64,000 nt of DNA from Pocillopora damicornis (lineage: Eukaryota). Numbering within the stretch: the first letter of the stretch is position 1; each line of letters starts with the position of its first letter. This document shows positions 26,501 to 38,271 of this stretch, one piece after another. The notes beneath the pieces were generated by a model. That model did no database searches and was not told the DNA's origin. It saw only the letters and a list, made by a program, of their open reading frames with translations. The stretch is from positions 124,001-188,000 of the forward strand of contig NW_020845054.1 in NCBI RefSeq assembly GCF_003704095.1. Direction: 5' to 3'. The translations under genes and the position numbers were made by a program.

Positions 26501-27324
26501 GTACCGTCGAGCATTCGAATTCCGCCAAGATTTACGTTAAAAGCTACTCCGACTCCGCATTCGTTGTTATCTTCTTGAGCGCCTACTTCCCCAGCGCATT
26601 TCGTACCGTGCGCGTTATACGGATCGCTGTCGTTCGGAAATGGATCGTCATCATCGTCATTTAGGTCTTTACTTGCGTGTGGATCATAGTTTCTTTTCAA
26701 ATCGGGATGTGTGTGATCTAAACCATCGTCAAGAATGCTGACAACAACCCCTTTACCTGTTATACCGCGACGCCAAACATCGAGTACCCCTATATCAGCT
26801 CCGACTAAATGTTCATCATTTTGACCCCAGTTCACCAAATACCATTGCCTTTCCCATCCAGGATCATTAAATATTCTCTTGTATCGCTGTTCTCGGTATT
26901 TCCTTTCTAATTCTCGTTCTCTTAGGTAACTCTCTGGCAAGAAGTCGCGCTTGTTTCGTTCTAGAACGCGCTGTTGTTCGGCCCATACGATCCTTGGATG
27001 ATCGTTGAGTTGACGAGTTCTCTCTGTCGCTCGTCGCTTCAAACGAGCGCTTGTTCCTTCGTGCATGAACTTGAAAATACGGGGCAAGCTACCAATTCTA
27101 CCATTGTGTTTCAAATTAAAATTTCTCGCTATTTCGTCAGCAAGGTTGGAGTCGTCTTCGTCTAATTCTACCGCCCAGATATTTGTGAACAGAGGCCTAT
27201 CGTCTTCTCGGAGGTCACCGAGATGCTCATAATCTTGAAATTCTTCGATTTCATGCTGAAAGACAGGTAGAATCAAAACTGCTACAAATAGTAGCGACGT
27301 GAAAAGAAGTTTTCTAAGAATCAT
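23573..27324 (-). CDS. Soluble subtilisin/kexin-like proprotein convertase, paralog A; exons 27324-26340 and 24696-23573; P domain with large insertion
   Basis: Signal peptide, prodomain ending RNKR, catalytic Asp (ILDDG), His (HGTKCAGEV), oxyanion Asn (GNGG), Ser (GTSSAAP), P domain (LEHVQV, RGDI, FMTVHFWDESPKG, LYGT). No Cys-rich or TM region. Confidence 0.93.
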
Positions 27325-30300
27325 TGGAAAGGATTCCGCCACGGAGAAAGTTCTCCGTTCCTAACAATCGTAGTAACCACAGTTGAAATTTCGGTTAAAT
27401 ATACTCACTGCGCCCGAAAGGTATCATACAGACTGGCTGTCAATTTTCTCAACACCCTTACGCAAAGCCGAAACAGGAAATAATCCCGGGTAGGACAGCC
27501 GTGGCCTTTTTCCTTTGCAACATATATACAATAATTCGTCAACGTCTAAAAGCTTTTCTCGCAATTGAGCTTAATGTTTGCATTTTTGCTGAGAAAAGTC
27601 GTTGAAATTTCTAAATTTGTCGCACTTATGGGTAATTTGTGCGATATTAAAATTGATGTATTTCAACATCCCCTCCCCTCTTAAATTGTTGGAAGCTACG
27701 CTACATTTCATTGGTTGGCAGGGCGAGAAAAATATTAAGAGCGCGGAAGATTAATCGACAGAATGCAAATAAAGAGACACAGGATTGCTAATCAGCGAGA
27801 AAGTTTTATTTCAAGGCAGACGGGAAGACAGCACTTGAATAAATAAATCTGCAATCGTGTATTTAAAGTTTGAGAAAAAAACAAATAGTGCATTGGTCGG
27901 CGAGAGTTTTTACTCTCGTTACAAAAGTTAGATAAGTTGATCCAGAAAAGCGCCAAGCACTGTCAATTTTATTCAAGAGGAGAAAAAATATATCCTGTTA
28001 CATTCTCCTTCAAATTTGAAAATATATTTCTTTGGTCCCAGCTGTTAAGAAAATTGCGAAATCATCATCAAAGCGAATATGCTGACATAGAAGCAATCTT
28101 CTTCGTGAATTTAAATTTGTTAATTTTCTCTTACCTGAGTTTAAGAAGGGAAAAGGTGTAATTTTACTATTCGAGTAAGAATACTGACAAAATTTTCCAA
28201 TTTCAGTAAAAAAGAAATCTAAAAAGCACAATTTGTGAAGTGTTAGTGGCAGCTGTGTGTTGTTTGTGTTTGTCACTCACAGTCAATGCCCGAGGAAAGC
28301 GAAAATGATAAGAGCTGATCTTTGCGCGACGCGAGTGAAGATGGCGATAAATAGAAACGGAAAACAAAAACTTCGAGAAAAGGTGCTCCTTTTCAACCGA
28401 ACTGATAAAAAAAGTCGCGTATTCAATAATTAGGAAGGAACTTTCATGTTTATACGAGACATGAATTGAAGCTATCGTGAGTAGGAAGTCAGGTTAATTT
28501 AAAAAACATCAATGGTCTTCTTTTTCATGTAAAACAGAGGAGGTACGAAACAAAGCGGTAATGTCATCCCACACTATATTAATTTTCAAATTGATTTCGA
28601 AAATCGTCGCACGTTAGTGGAAAAAGGGCGAATTGAGGACTGCGTTCAAACTGTTAAAAACCAGTTTCAGATTAATGAAGGAACTTTAGTCTCTTTACGA
28701 GTGTAAATCAAGTTTTTTTACGATGCTAGATGATGCGTGTAAGCCGAAATAATGGAGTCAGCTGGTGCCCGCTTCAACGGCATGATTTATGATAATACAT
28801 TTTTCTTGATGCTAGAGTTGTCGCCGAATCTGATAAAAGTCTCAAACTGAACAGGAGTAAGCCACGTAGTTAAAAAGATGAAAACAAACCTGAGCCTACA
28901 GCAAAGTAAAGCAGTTTCCAAAGTTGGGTGACTCGTCTCTTCCGAGAAGCTAAATCTACCAATATTTTGCCACGGTGAACCGACTTACTTTTCTCCTCAT
29001 TCAGCCACAGAATGTTTAGTGATAAGAAAACCAAATTGTCACTATTTTAAGCTTTTTTCAAGAGGGGTTTATAATGGAATATATAGCTGACAACAACAGA
29101 AACTAATTGAAAAAATATATCTTACGAGAAGAAAAATGATATTGTTATATCTTTGGACTATCCTGCCTCACCAACATCCCCTCTCCATTTAGATCAAACT
29201 TGTAATATATAAAGCTAGCCTTGAATTAAGGCATATTTTTGTTCTAAACCGTTTCTTGACTTTCAAGTACACGAGTGGAGTTCCTCGAGGCTTCAACGGA
29301 TAAATCCAGAAAATTGAAATGGAAGACTGAGATCACTGAGCTTTAGAAAACCATTGACGTGTAAGGAAATGCTCTGTTATCTACAAGCCCCACGTCGCTG
29401 TCGTGTCGTGTACATTTCCGAAAATTAGGTAAAAAAAAAATTTAGATAAATTTTGAGTGAGAAACTCGAAATAATCGAAAAATTTTAACATGGAGTAGAA
29501 TTGGCAAATAGAGGCATTCGAAACGTAAAGGCCACTGAATTCTACGTACATCCTGTGATTTTGCGACATGTCTGCCTTGTCACGTTTGCCACTGTGGTCA
29601 TGTGTGCATCCGTGGTATTTTTGCTGAGATGGAGAAGGTCGAAAAGCAACAGTATTTACCGTGGACAATTTAGTTTCCTTTCTCAGCGCACACAAATCAT
29701 TGTGACACATTTAGCCAGGAAATCAATCACTTCAAACTATCTATCAATCAACCACAGCTGAGCACTGAAGCAAAACAAAACCGTGAATCTTTCTCTTCGG
29801 GTAGGCCTCTTTTTCTGGTAGACGAAGTTCAGAGAAATTTGGCTTCAATAGCCGAAGTACTAACTCTACTAATTGACGAACTAACGGTTTCTTCCCTGAA
29901 TTAACTTCAAAATGATTGCTATTCGGCTTCTTGAAGGGCAAAATAGATCAATATGCGCGCTATATTCGAAGTTTAAACGATTCTCTTTATACTGAGAATT
30001 AAAAAGCGTTTCATAAAATTTTAAAGAGACCCCTTAACCCTCCATCTGGATCTGTCAGTGTATGAATGATATTCAGATCACAGAACCCAAATAAAGCCCG
30101 TACGTCCAGGTGACCGGCAGAAGGTTCAGCTTCATGAAAAGAGTTTTCCTCGAGCAAGGCTTGAAGAAATTATAAGCTTCGAAGAAAAGATTTTGTCCAA
30201 AAACAAATACGGGAAAGGTCATTAAACTTTCTGGAAATTTTACGTATTCCACAATGCAAAATTTGGGACTTGACGCGAATGAAATCTCGTTGACATATCT

Positions 30301-30895
30301 TGATTTAAATAAATTTCAAAAGTCTCGAGAACGATGCCGTTGAAGACAAAAAACGTACGAGCAACACAATTAAAAAATCATTACTTTCAATCAATCAAGG
30401 ACTCAGAGAATGCTTTAAAAAATCAGAAGTTTTAAACTATTATTAATACGATGTTTTATTTTACCTAATTGATAATACCCATTTTAACTTACAGAAAATT
30501 ATAAATATATATAATACAAAGTTGCCGTTTACCACGTGTAGCTTCAAAGAAGAAAATATAATTTTTGGTTCGTCCTACGATTGTTTATTTGACAGTATAG
30601 CATTCGAGGTTTCTTTGATATTGAAAATATGAAAGACGCAAATTGAAATTCATGGAAGCAGGCTTAATGAAAAAATAATAAAATCCGGGTCCCTTGGATC
30701 ACCAGTTTTAGTTCAGATTATCAGTCGAATACTAAGTCACTGAAGACTCTAACTTAAAAGATTTTATCTTAAAAACTTTGCGCGGTAGAGCTATAAATAT
30801 TTACTCCTTTAATTGCGAAAAGGTTCCTTCGAAAAACAAAATTGAATTTCAATTGACTTTCGTCAACGTATAACAATTCACACAAATAAATAAGA

Positions 30896-31006
30896 ATTCC
30901 CCTCCTCCCCATTCCCCTCCTCCCCATTCCCCTCCTCCCCATTCCCCTCCTCCCCATTCCCCTCCTCCCCATTCCCCTCCTCCCCATTCTCCTCCTCCCC
31001 ATTCCC
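30896..31006. repeat. 15-bp minisatellite (ATTCCCCTCCTCCCC) x7; G-quadruplex potential on the minus strand
   Basis: Seven near-perfect units. Explains the spurious GRRGM-repeat ORF 30769-31035. Confidence 0.95.
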
Positions 31007-31795
31007 TGTAGTAGCCGGTACATCAATCTCTTCACCCCCCTTACTACCCAGCCCCTTACCCTTCGTGAAAAGCTCGTTTTTCGATTATGAAAATTATTCG
31101 TTCCAAATTGAAAGTCTAATACCTGGAGAAGGCTAAATTTTTCTTTGCATTCATAAATAAAAGTAATCCTTCTTAAGTTTCGCTGTGAAAAAAATAACTC
31201 AAATGGAAAACAGGACGCCTCCTACATCCGGCTAAGCGATACGCGAATGTTTTTTTTTTCCCAAGGATAATTTAGCCTTACTGTAATGATTGTAAATCTC
31301 AAACATATCCAATAATTTGACAATTATTTAAATACGACGCAGAGAAAATATCGTTTTACGTAAAACCTTAGAATATTATTATCGATGAAGCTCTCACTTC
31401 AATCCATGAACTATTGAAAAACATTATAGGTCGTTGATTTTAACATCCCAAGAAGACGAGAAGATAAATTACAAAGGATCCTTACACCAAATGGAACTCT
31501 CCTCGAGATTATCGTTCCGTTTTAAGTCCTTTACCGCCTGAAAGTGATTAACATACAACTTATCCATACACTATCGATAGCTAATTCAGTAAAAGGTGAT
31601 GGGAACAGCTAAAAACTTATCGACTAGAAGGTATTATCTTGATATACTAACAAATCTGCACGAAATGTATAAGACTCCCGGCCCAGGCCTCTCTCTAAGG
31701 AACGCGAAGAAGAGAGCCTGGACAGGAGTTTGAAGAGTTACAGCTACAGTAGATAAATGTTAATCATATCTTTAGAGATGAAGGGGCAACCCCTC

Positions 31796-31986
31796 TAGTC
31801 TGCACAACAAGCATCAATTTTCCCTCTTTTTGTGCGTTTTTCGGACGTACTGAAGCGAGCGGAAGGCCGGGCGAGTCACTTGTGAGCGCGACTCGCTTTT
31901 GCGTTTTCCACGCGCTTCCTTGAGTTCTTTTAACTCGACTGAAAAACGACAAAAAGTTTAACTCGTTCTGCAGGTTCTGCAGGCTC
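31796..31986. mobile_element. Degenerate MITE (tagtctgcacaaca...gttctgcaggct ends)
   Basis: Imperfect terminal inverted repeats with a CpG-rich interior. Confidence 0.4.
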
Positions 31987-32046
31987 TGAATCCCCTACGA
32001 CGATCCCCTCCTAGAAGATTTTTACTTTGACCCGCTATCATTAGAT

Positions 32047-35000
32047 TCAGGCGGTACCATACATAACAAGAGACCAATTTCTAACGCACCCAGCTATATG
32101 CCCTTGAAGTGACTTTGAATGTGAACACATTGACGACTCGTCAGAAGCTACATTAATGGGTTGTCTTGGTCCTTTTACTGACTTCATATAATCTTCCTTA
32201 AACCGTCCATGAGTAAGCTCGCGCTGGAAACTGGGTTGGTCTTCGCTCCGCTGAGGAAACTTTTCGTGACGTTTTTCATACGATCGCTTTGACAGCTTCA
32301 TGTAATCTTCCTTAAAGCGACCATGGGAAAGATCATTTGCGATGCTCGGTTCGTCTCTGGATTCTCCTTCGTCAAAAAATCTGTCGTGGCGTCTTGGAGA
32401 GTAGTCGTCTTCAGACTGAAAAAAAAACAAAAGATAACAATTTGTAACGTAATTCTTTGTATATATGTATTTGAAACTAAATGTCAAAGGTTATTCAAAG
32501 TTAGAGTTAATTTTTTGGAATTGTCTTTTTACCGAAATATATAAGCAACTTGTTCGTCGTACGTAATAATCTGAAAATTTATGAGGCGCTAACAAGCTCG
32601 TAATCCCACGTAAGAAAACTTCAAACTTTGGCTTAAAATCTACACCTTTTATTGGTTCCAAAGTGTGGAATTCCTTACCAGATGAATCACGCTCAACGAT
32701 AATTCTTAAGGTATTTAAGAATGCTGTAAGAGAGCTACATTTGTAATGCACGGTCTTCTGAGATTTCTCCCTCTGTTATAATTTTAAGAGTTAGAATTGT
32801 TCATTTAATAAAAGTAGTTAGAAAATTAGTTATTAACTGATTATTTTCGATATCCTGAATTGTTGTTTTTTTGGTTATTTTCTTATACTTTTCACGGTAT
32901 ATTAGCATGTGCTGCTTGGGGCCTTAATCAGCCTCATCAACCTGAGTCGAAATAAAGTTACTTACTTACTAAGTTTTCCTCCTCTTAGCAAAATCGCGCC
33001 GCCCTTTCAACCAATCAGATGTAGATCTAAAACCAATATTGTGGCTTAGTCACACATGTTTTCATCCAAAAATATACCATTTTATTACCTTCTCATCTCG
33101 GATTTTCACGGTCCACTCGCCTCGAGGGTTCTCGTCCCAGAATTCCACAGTCATGAAAGGCCAGTATGCTAATCGTGTTCCGTCGTCTCCTGGCCTCTTG
33201 GCCAGCAGTCGCGAAGTGGTGCCGCTGGGCGAGATGAGATCGATCACCAGGTCCCCCCGGCGACGGTGGTCTATTGATACGTTGAACTGAACGTGTTCTA
33301 GTTTTCCGATGTCTTCGTTGTCATTGATGAGCTATTTGTGATCAGAGATGATGAGGTTAGGGCATGGAAATGAGAAGCGACTTGGAATTGATCGATCAAT
33401 TCAGTAAACAACATTTTTACCTTCAGTTCCACCTCTCCCTTGGATGGTAAAGTTGCTGTGTCAGGTGTCAACAGTCCGCGGAGTGTGTATTTCAGCTGAG
33501 TACCGACATGTTCCCATTCCTTTCCTGCATTAATTAAATCTTCCGCATTTAATACACCAAACCCATAGGAACGACTGTATTTATGCCCAGCACCATTCTG
33601 CAAGACAACAAAAGACAGGAAGTGAGCAGGTTCTGAGGTTTAACTGCTGAGACTATTAAATAACAAGAACGGATCTATTCATCTGCGCTGGAAGGAAACG
33701 GGAAAACTGTTACAATTCAGTGTTGTTCGAGTCTTCCTTACTGAGACACTGCCTTAGGATAACTGAAAGATGATTTACCGTGCTCCATGAAGGGCTGTCA
33801 GGCTCATTTTTCCGCGCAGTTTGAACAACCAAGTGTTGCATATCTCGCCAAGTGAGCTCAGGATTTGCCTCCAAAACCAGCGCAAAGATTCCAGCTGCTA
33901 AGGGAGCCGCACAGGATGTCCCAGAAAACGATGTCACACACTTGTGAAACAGAGAAGTAGTTACAAGATGGCTGTAGGACTCTCGCTTACTGCACTGCAA
34001 ACCAACATCCCCGGTGAAGACCACGCCCATGGTTGAGGGGCAGCTCTCGTCGTAAAACGTTTTGCATCCACTGGCGCTCACAGAGGCGATAGACAGAGTG
34101 TAGATACTTGACGTATAACCGTCGCAGCTACAATCATCGTAACTGGCTCCACCATTGCCAGTGGCCCAGATATACAAAACTCCCTTCCCTTGAAAAAAAA
34201 AAGAACATATTTCTATAAGTGTTTTTTTTTTCTTTTCTGCTATGAGATTATAAACTGTTCATAATCTCTTGGTTTTTGCATATTCAAAGACAACGTGGCT
34301 AAGAGATCAATGAACAGGTCCCCGGATGGAAAGGTCCCGATCGGAGATCTAGTCCGGCTCATCATCTCTTTTCCTTGGACAAGACACTTTATTTACACAT
34401 TGCCTCAGTTTCCACCGTATCTAGTCGACCTGATCGCCTGTTCGCCTGTATCATCCAATTACAGCTTAGCATAACAGTTCCTGAGGTGACGCATATCTAG
34501 CAGAACTTATCGCCTGAAGAGTGAAGAAGACTCACAGTATGTAGTGCATTCGAAACGTCTCGATCCTCTTCGGAAGGGATTGCATAATAATAATAACTTT
34601 TTTAATCTCCTCAAAGAGGCTTTTCAGCTTAATTTACAATGTCAAATATCTAAAACTTAGTTTTCCAAAAATACCCCTAAAAATGCTGTTTTAAACTCAT
34701 CTGGGAGACTATTCCACAGCTTTTGGCCTCTGAAAGGAAATGCGCGCTGACCTGCAGCCGTCCTACAGAGTGGTAAATGTAGGCGGTCCCTATTCCTAGT
34801 GTTGCAGTTGTGCATTTCCTATCTGGTTTTAAACTTCTGACAAAGATATGGAGGTGCAAGTCCATTTAAGCAAGTTGCTTCATAATTGGCAGCCACTGTA
34901 ACTGCTTAAGAATAGGTGTAACATGATCAAATTTCCTCGTTCCAGAAACTATCCGGGCTGCAAAGTTTATCGTGAGACATCATAGCAAGTTATTTGCCAA

Positions 35001-38000
35001 GATGACTAACCGCAACCATTTTGCTTTATAATATATATAATAACCTTCACTTGACGCGAAAATAGGCACGGGTATTTGTCCGTGGACATCATCTGTTCCG
35101 AAATGAGAACAGGTTTCCGAGGGGGAAGCATCGAGGAAAACCGTCAGCTACGAAAGTGCTACGAAGGTGCAACCGTGAACCAACGAGAAGTTTTTTACCC
35201 ATCAGGGTGTTCGTAGTATCCGGCTTAGTTATTTTATGAAAACTAATATCTGTTGGTTCTTCCACCATGCTACTGGTAATTTCAAACATCACTTTTGTGG
35301 TAATTTTCATGCATAGAACAAATTGATACAAATTTAAGGCAATAGCATTTAAAGTTTTGTTTGTCTTCAATTTACAGTCAAGCAGGATATAAAAAAATTG
35401 TCTTTTTTGGTTGATTTTGTCCTTAAAATGAACTCAAACGTCAAGCCTATCCCGCGTCAAACTAGTTCGGAAGCTCAAGCAAAGAGAAAAATGTTCTGTA
35501 CTTAACAACATTTAATTCCATGCCATGCCTGTCCAAGTTTGCGCACGCAGTTCGCAACACAATTGCCAGAACGTTTGCGGGTTCTGAAATCCGACGGGAA
35601 GACCAAAGAAATGGTCGAATCTATTTTGTACTGAGAAGAGCGTTTTTTTCTTAGAAATCGACTTTTTGTGATCGGTAAAAACATAGAAATTATATTTGGC
35701 ATGATAAACTGACGACGTTCATTTTACACTGTGGGATAAATGCATTTGAGACTAAAACATCCACCAGCTGAAATTAAATCTGAGTGAGAAAAAAAAGGAA
35801 AGATCAAAGGTTGAATAGGAGCATTTTCTAGGTTTCAGTTAATATTTTCCGTTCCATAGTAGCCTGGGTAATTTTCTCTTTTATTCTGCTACCTTGAACA
35901 GCAATTTGTGCGTCGAGTACAATTACGGCTGGCGAAATTCAAGTTATTTGGAAAAAGGTGTCAATTTTAGCGTTGTTCTGGGCATAAAAAATCTTTGGAA
36001 AGAATGCTTAGTCATTAAGTGAAAAAAAAACCTGGAAAATTCATATTTTCGTCACGGCGAGGAAACTTTCTGCCCAGCAGAAAACTAAATTTTCCTTTAG
36101 TTCCAAAACCACTTTCTTTTAGTACATTTTGCAAAAAGGTTTGAAAATAATAAAAGATGCTTTCGTTGCAAGACGGTTGATTGAGAAATCGCTTGAGGCA
36201 TCAACAAACTGGAGCCTTAAAAATTTTTGTGGTGATAGCATTTTGCATCGCTGGTTGGCCGTCTTTGATTATTTTGTCTCCTGGCAAAAACAGAGAAACA
36301 GTCTTCGTCAGTCCGTGAATGAAAAAAACAACAAGGACTTCATGTGCACGAACCTCATTTGCAAATACCTTAATTAAACTCCAAAAGTACGATAAGAAAT
36401 AATACAGCTCTCGTCCTTTCGTAGAAAAATACAAAGCGTGGTTGTTTTTGGTGCCGAAAAAAAACGTCAGAGAAAAATACAGAAAGTCGATCACAGAAAG
36501 GAAATTTAAGCAACAGCATTCGTGTCTTTTAGATTTTTGAAATTGAAACTCCAATTACACCAGCTGTTCTTTGTCGGTTTTGAACTAATAAAAAACTTGT
36601 AATAAAATATGTTTTTTGTTCATTGTGGTGTAAGATACTGAGGTCATCTTTGTTCGTTTGTCTTACGATAGAGTCACTTTTGATGTTGATCGCGACGTTT
36701 CGACTGCAGTACTGCTAGTCTTCATCTGGCGTTGTCTCTCTATCGTGAGACAAACGAACAAAGTTCATCTCCAATAAAAAACTTGTTCAAATAAAGCAGT
36801 TCCTTATCCGTCATTTTATAAGGGCTTTGTCTGAAATATTACGCATTAATCTTCTTAAAATCTTTGCCAAATTAAAATAAGGTGACTCCCTTGTTTACAT
36901 GAATTTTTATTCAGCAGTTTCTCTAATTCGTTTGTTATTAGCTGCCAACTCGTTACGGCTCTCGAAATATTAAGCCTTTCAGTTTCCTTGGAATTTTTGC
37001 GTGAACAAAGCGCAAGATAAAAACAGTTTATACGGAAATTTAGATTAGCAAGTAAAATGCATTGTTTCTTAATGTCGCTATTGTCGTGACAACTCAAGGT
37101 CACCGTTTTATACAATACTTACCCATGCACATATTAGTATTTGTCATCAAAGCTCCTGCAATAATTATTCAACCGGTCTCACTTAAATTCAACTCGTGAG
37201 CAAACCCGCGTATCTAATTAAACGCCATCTGTTTCCTGGCTTTAAAAAAACACAGCAAAGAATTATAACACTCGCAGGAAAGATAAACGAACAGTTTCAT
37301 AACTGTTGATCTTTACATCGACTTGAAAATTGAGTAAATGTATACTGACCATCTCTTCCTTCTCGAATGCACTTCTCCATAGCACCGCTTCCAAGTTTCT
37401 CGGGTTTGCCAAATGTTTTTCCGTCATCTTTAGGCCCCCAAGATGCACTAAAAATGTCGATGTAATCGCAGTTGTATCCCAAAGCTTCTGCCTCAATTTG
37501 GTCCGTAATGGTTCCGTCTAGCATTCGTATACCACCAATTTTTGCGTTGAATGCAACTCCTACACCACAAATATTATTATCCGCTTCGGCGGCGACTTCC
37601 CCGGCGCACTTTGTTCCGTGATCGTTGGAAAGATTGCTATCATCTGGCGTTGGATCATGATCGACTCCAACACTAGTTTTATTGTTTACGTCTAAGCTCG
37701 CAGCCTCGTCGTAATTTTTACTCAAGTCGGGGTGAGTATGATCCAACCCGTCGTCAACAATACTCACCACAATTCCTTTACCTGTGTACCCCATTCTCCA
37801 AGCAGACAAAACACCTAGGTTTCCTCTGGTGTCAGCAGCGTCTAACGGACCCATATACCATTGATTTTTCCACTGCGGGTCGTTGAAATATCTGCGATTT
37901 CTCTCGGCGCGTTGCACAAGCATTACCGCTTCATCCCAGGTGTTGAAACCGCGTTTGTGTCTAAATAGTAGAGTTTGTTGTTCAGTCCACTTCACGCGCG

Positions 38001-38271
38001 GGTGATTTAATAGCGGTTGTGTATGATGCTCACTACTTCGTCTCTGGCGGCTCTCCGATCTTTCGTGTACAAACGAGAAATATCCAGGTAAGTTCGCTAT
38101 CGGTCCTGCGTTCTTAAATCCAAGACTTTCCGCTATGCTATGCGCTAATTCTTCATCGTGTGAGTCTAGTTCAACTGCCCAAGTATTTGTGTATATTTCG
38201 CCATCTCTATCACTCTCACAATATCCTGTGCTCAGACTCACTAAAAACACAAACAGTACCACATGCACCAT
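32047..38271 (-). CDS. Soluble subtilisin/kexin-like proprotein convertase, paralog B; exons 38271-37350, 34188-33779, 33597-33421, 33331-33089, 32415-32047; P domain with large insertion
   Basis: Signal peptide, prodomain ending [67 protein letters not shown]. All junctions are GT-AG and in phase. Confidence 0.92.
32500..32971 (+). mobile_element. 3' end of a CR1/L2-clade LINE in convertase B intron 4
   Basis: Decayed ORF2 C-terminus [32 protein letters not shown]...FKNAV, then a 3' UTR ending aataaag-ttacttacttact (tandem tail). Confidence 0.75.
34285..34420 (+). mobile_element. Degenerate tRNA-head/CORE-type SINE fragment
   Basis: gtggctaag head and CORE-like cttggacaagacactttatttacacattgcctc. 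Similar to 46570-46790. Confidence 0.4.
34509..34564 (+). ncRNA. Degenerate minimal type I hammerhead ribozyme-like motif
   Basis: CTGAAGA (34514-34520)...GAAAC-GTC (34552-34559), with atcg/cgat as potential stem I. Stem II is poorly paired. Confidence 0.3.
34585..34968 (-). mobile_element. 3' end of an L2/Crack-type LINE in convertase B intron 1
   Basis: Minus-strand translation [27 protein letters not shown]...LNGLAPPYL...[11 protein letters not shown]...[17 protein letters not shown], then a ctgaaaagcc...ggag 3' end and a (TAT)n tail. Confidence 0.8.
36587..36786 (-). mobile_element. Small element between 14-bp direct repeats, with 26-bp inverted arms enclosing a hammerhead-like core (Penelope/retrozyme-like)
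   Basis: aataaaaaacttgt at 36587-36600 and 36773-36786. Arms at 36648-36673 and 36738-36763. Minus strand reads cgc-CAGATGA-A-GAC...GTC-GAAAC-GTC-gcg. Confidence 0.6.

Noticed and set aside
30769-31035. ORF with GRRGM repeats (RGG-like protein)
   Set aside because: Translation of a 15-bp minisatellite. It has almost no variation between units and no gene context.
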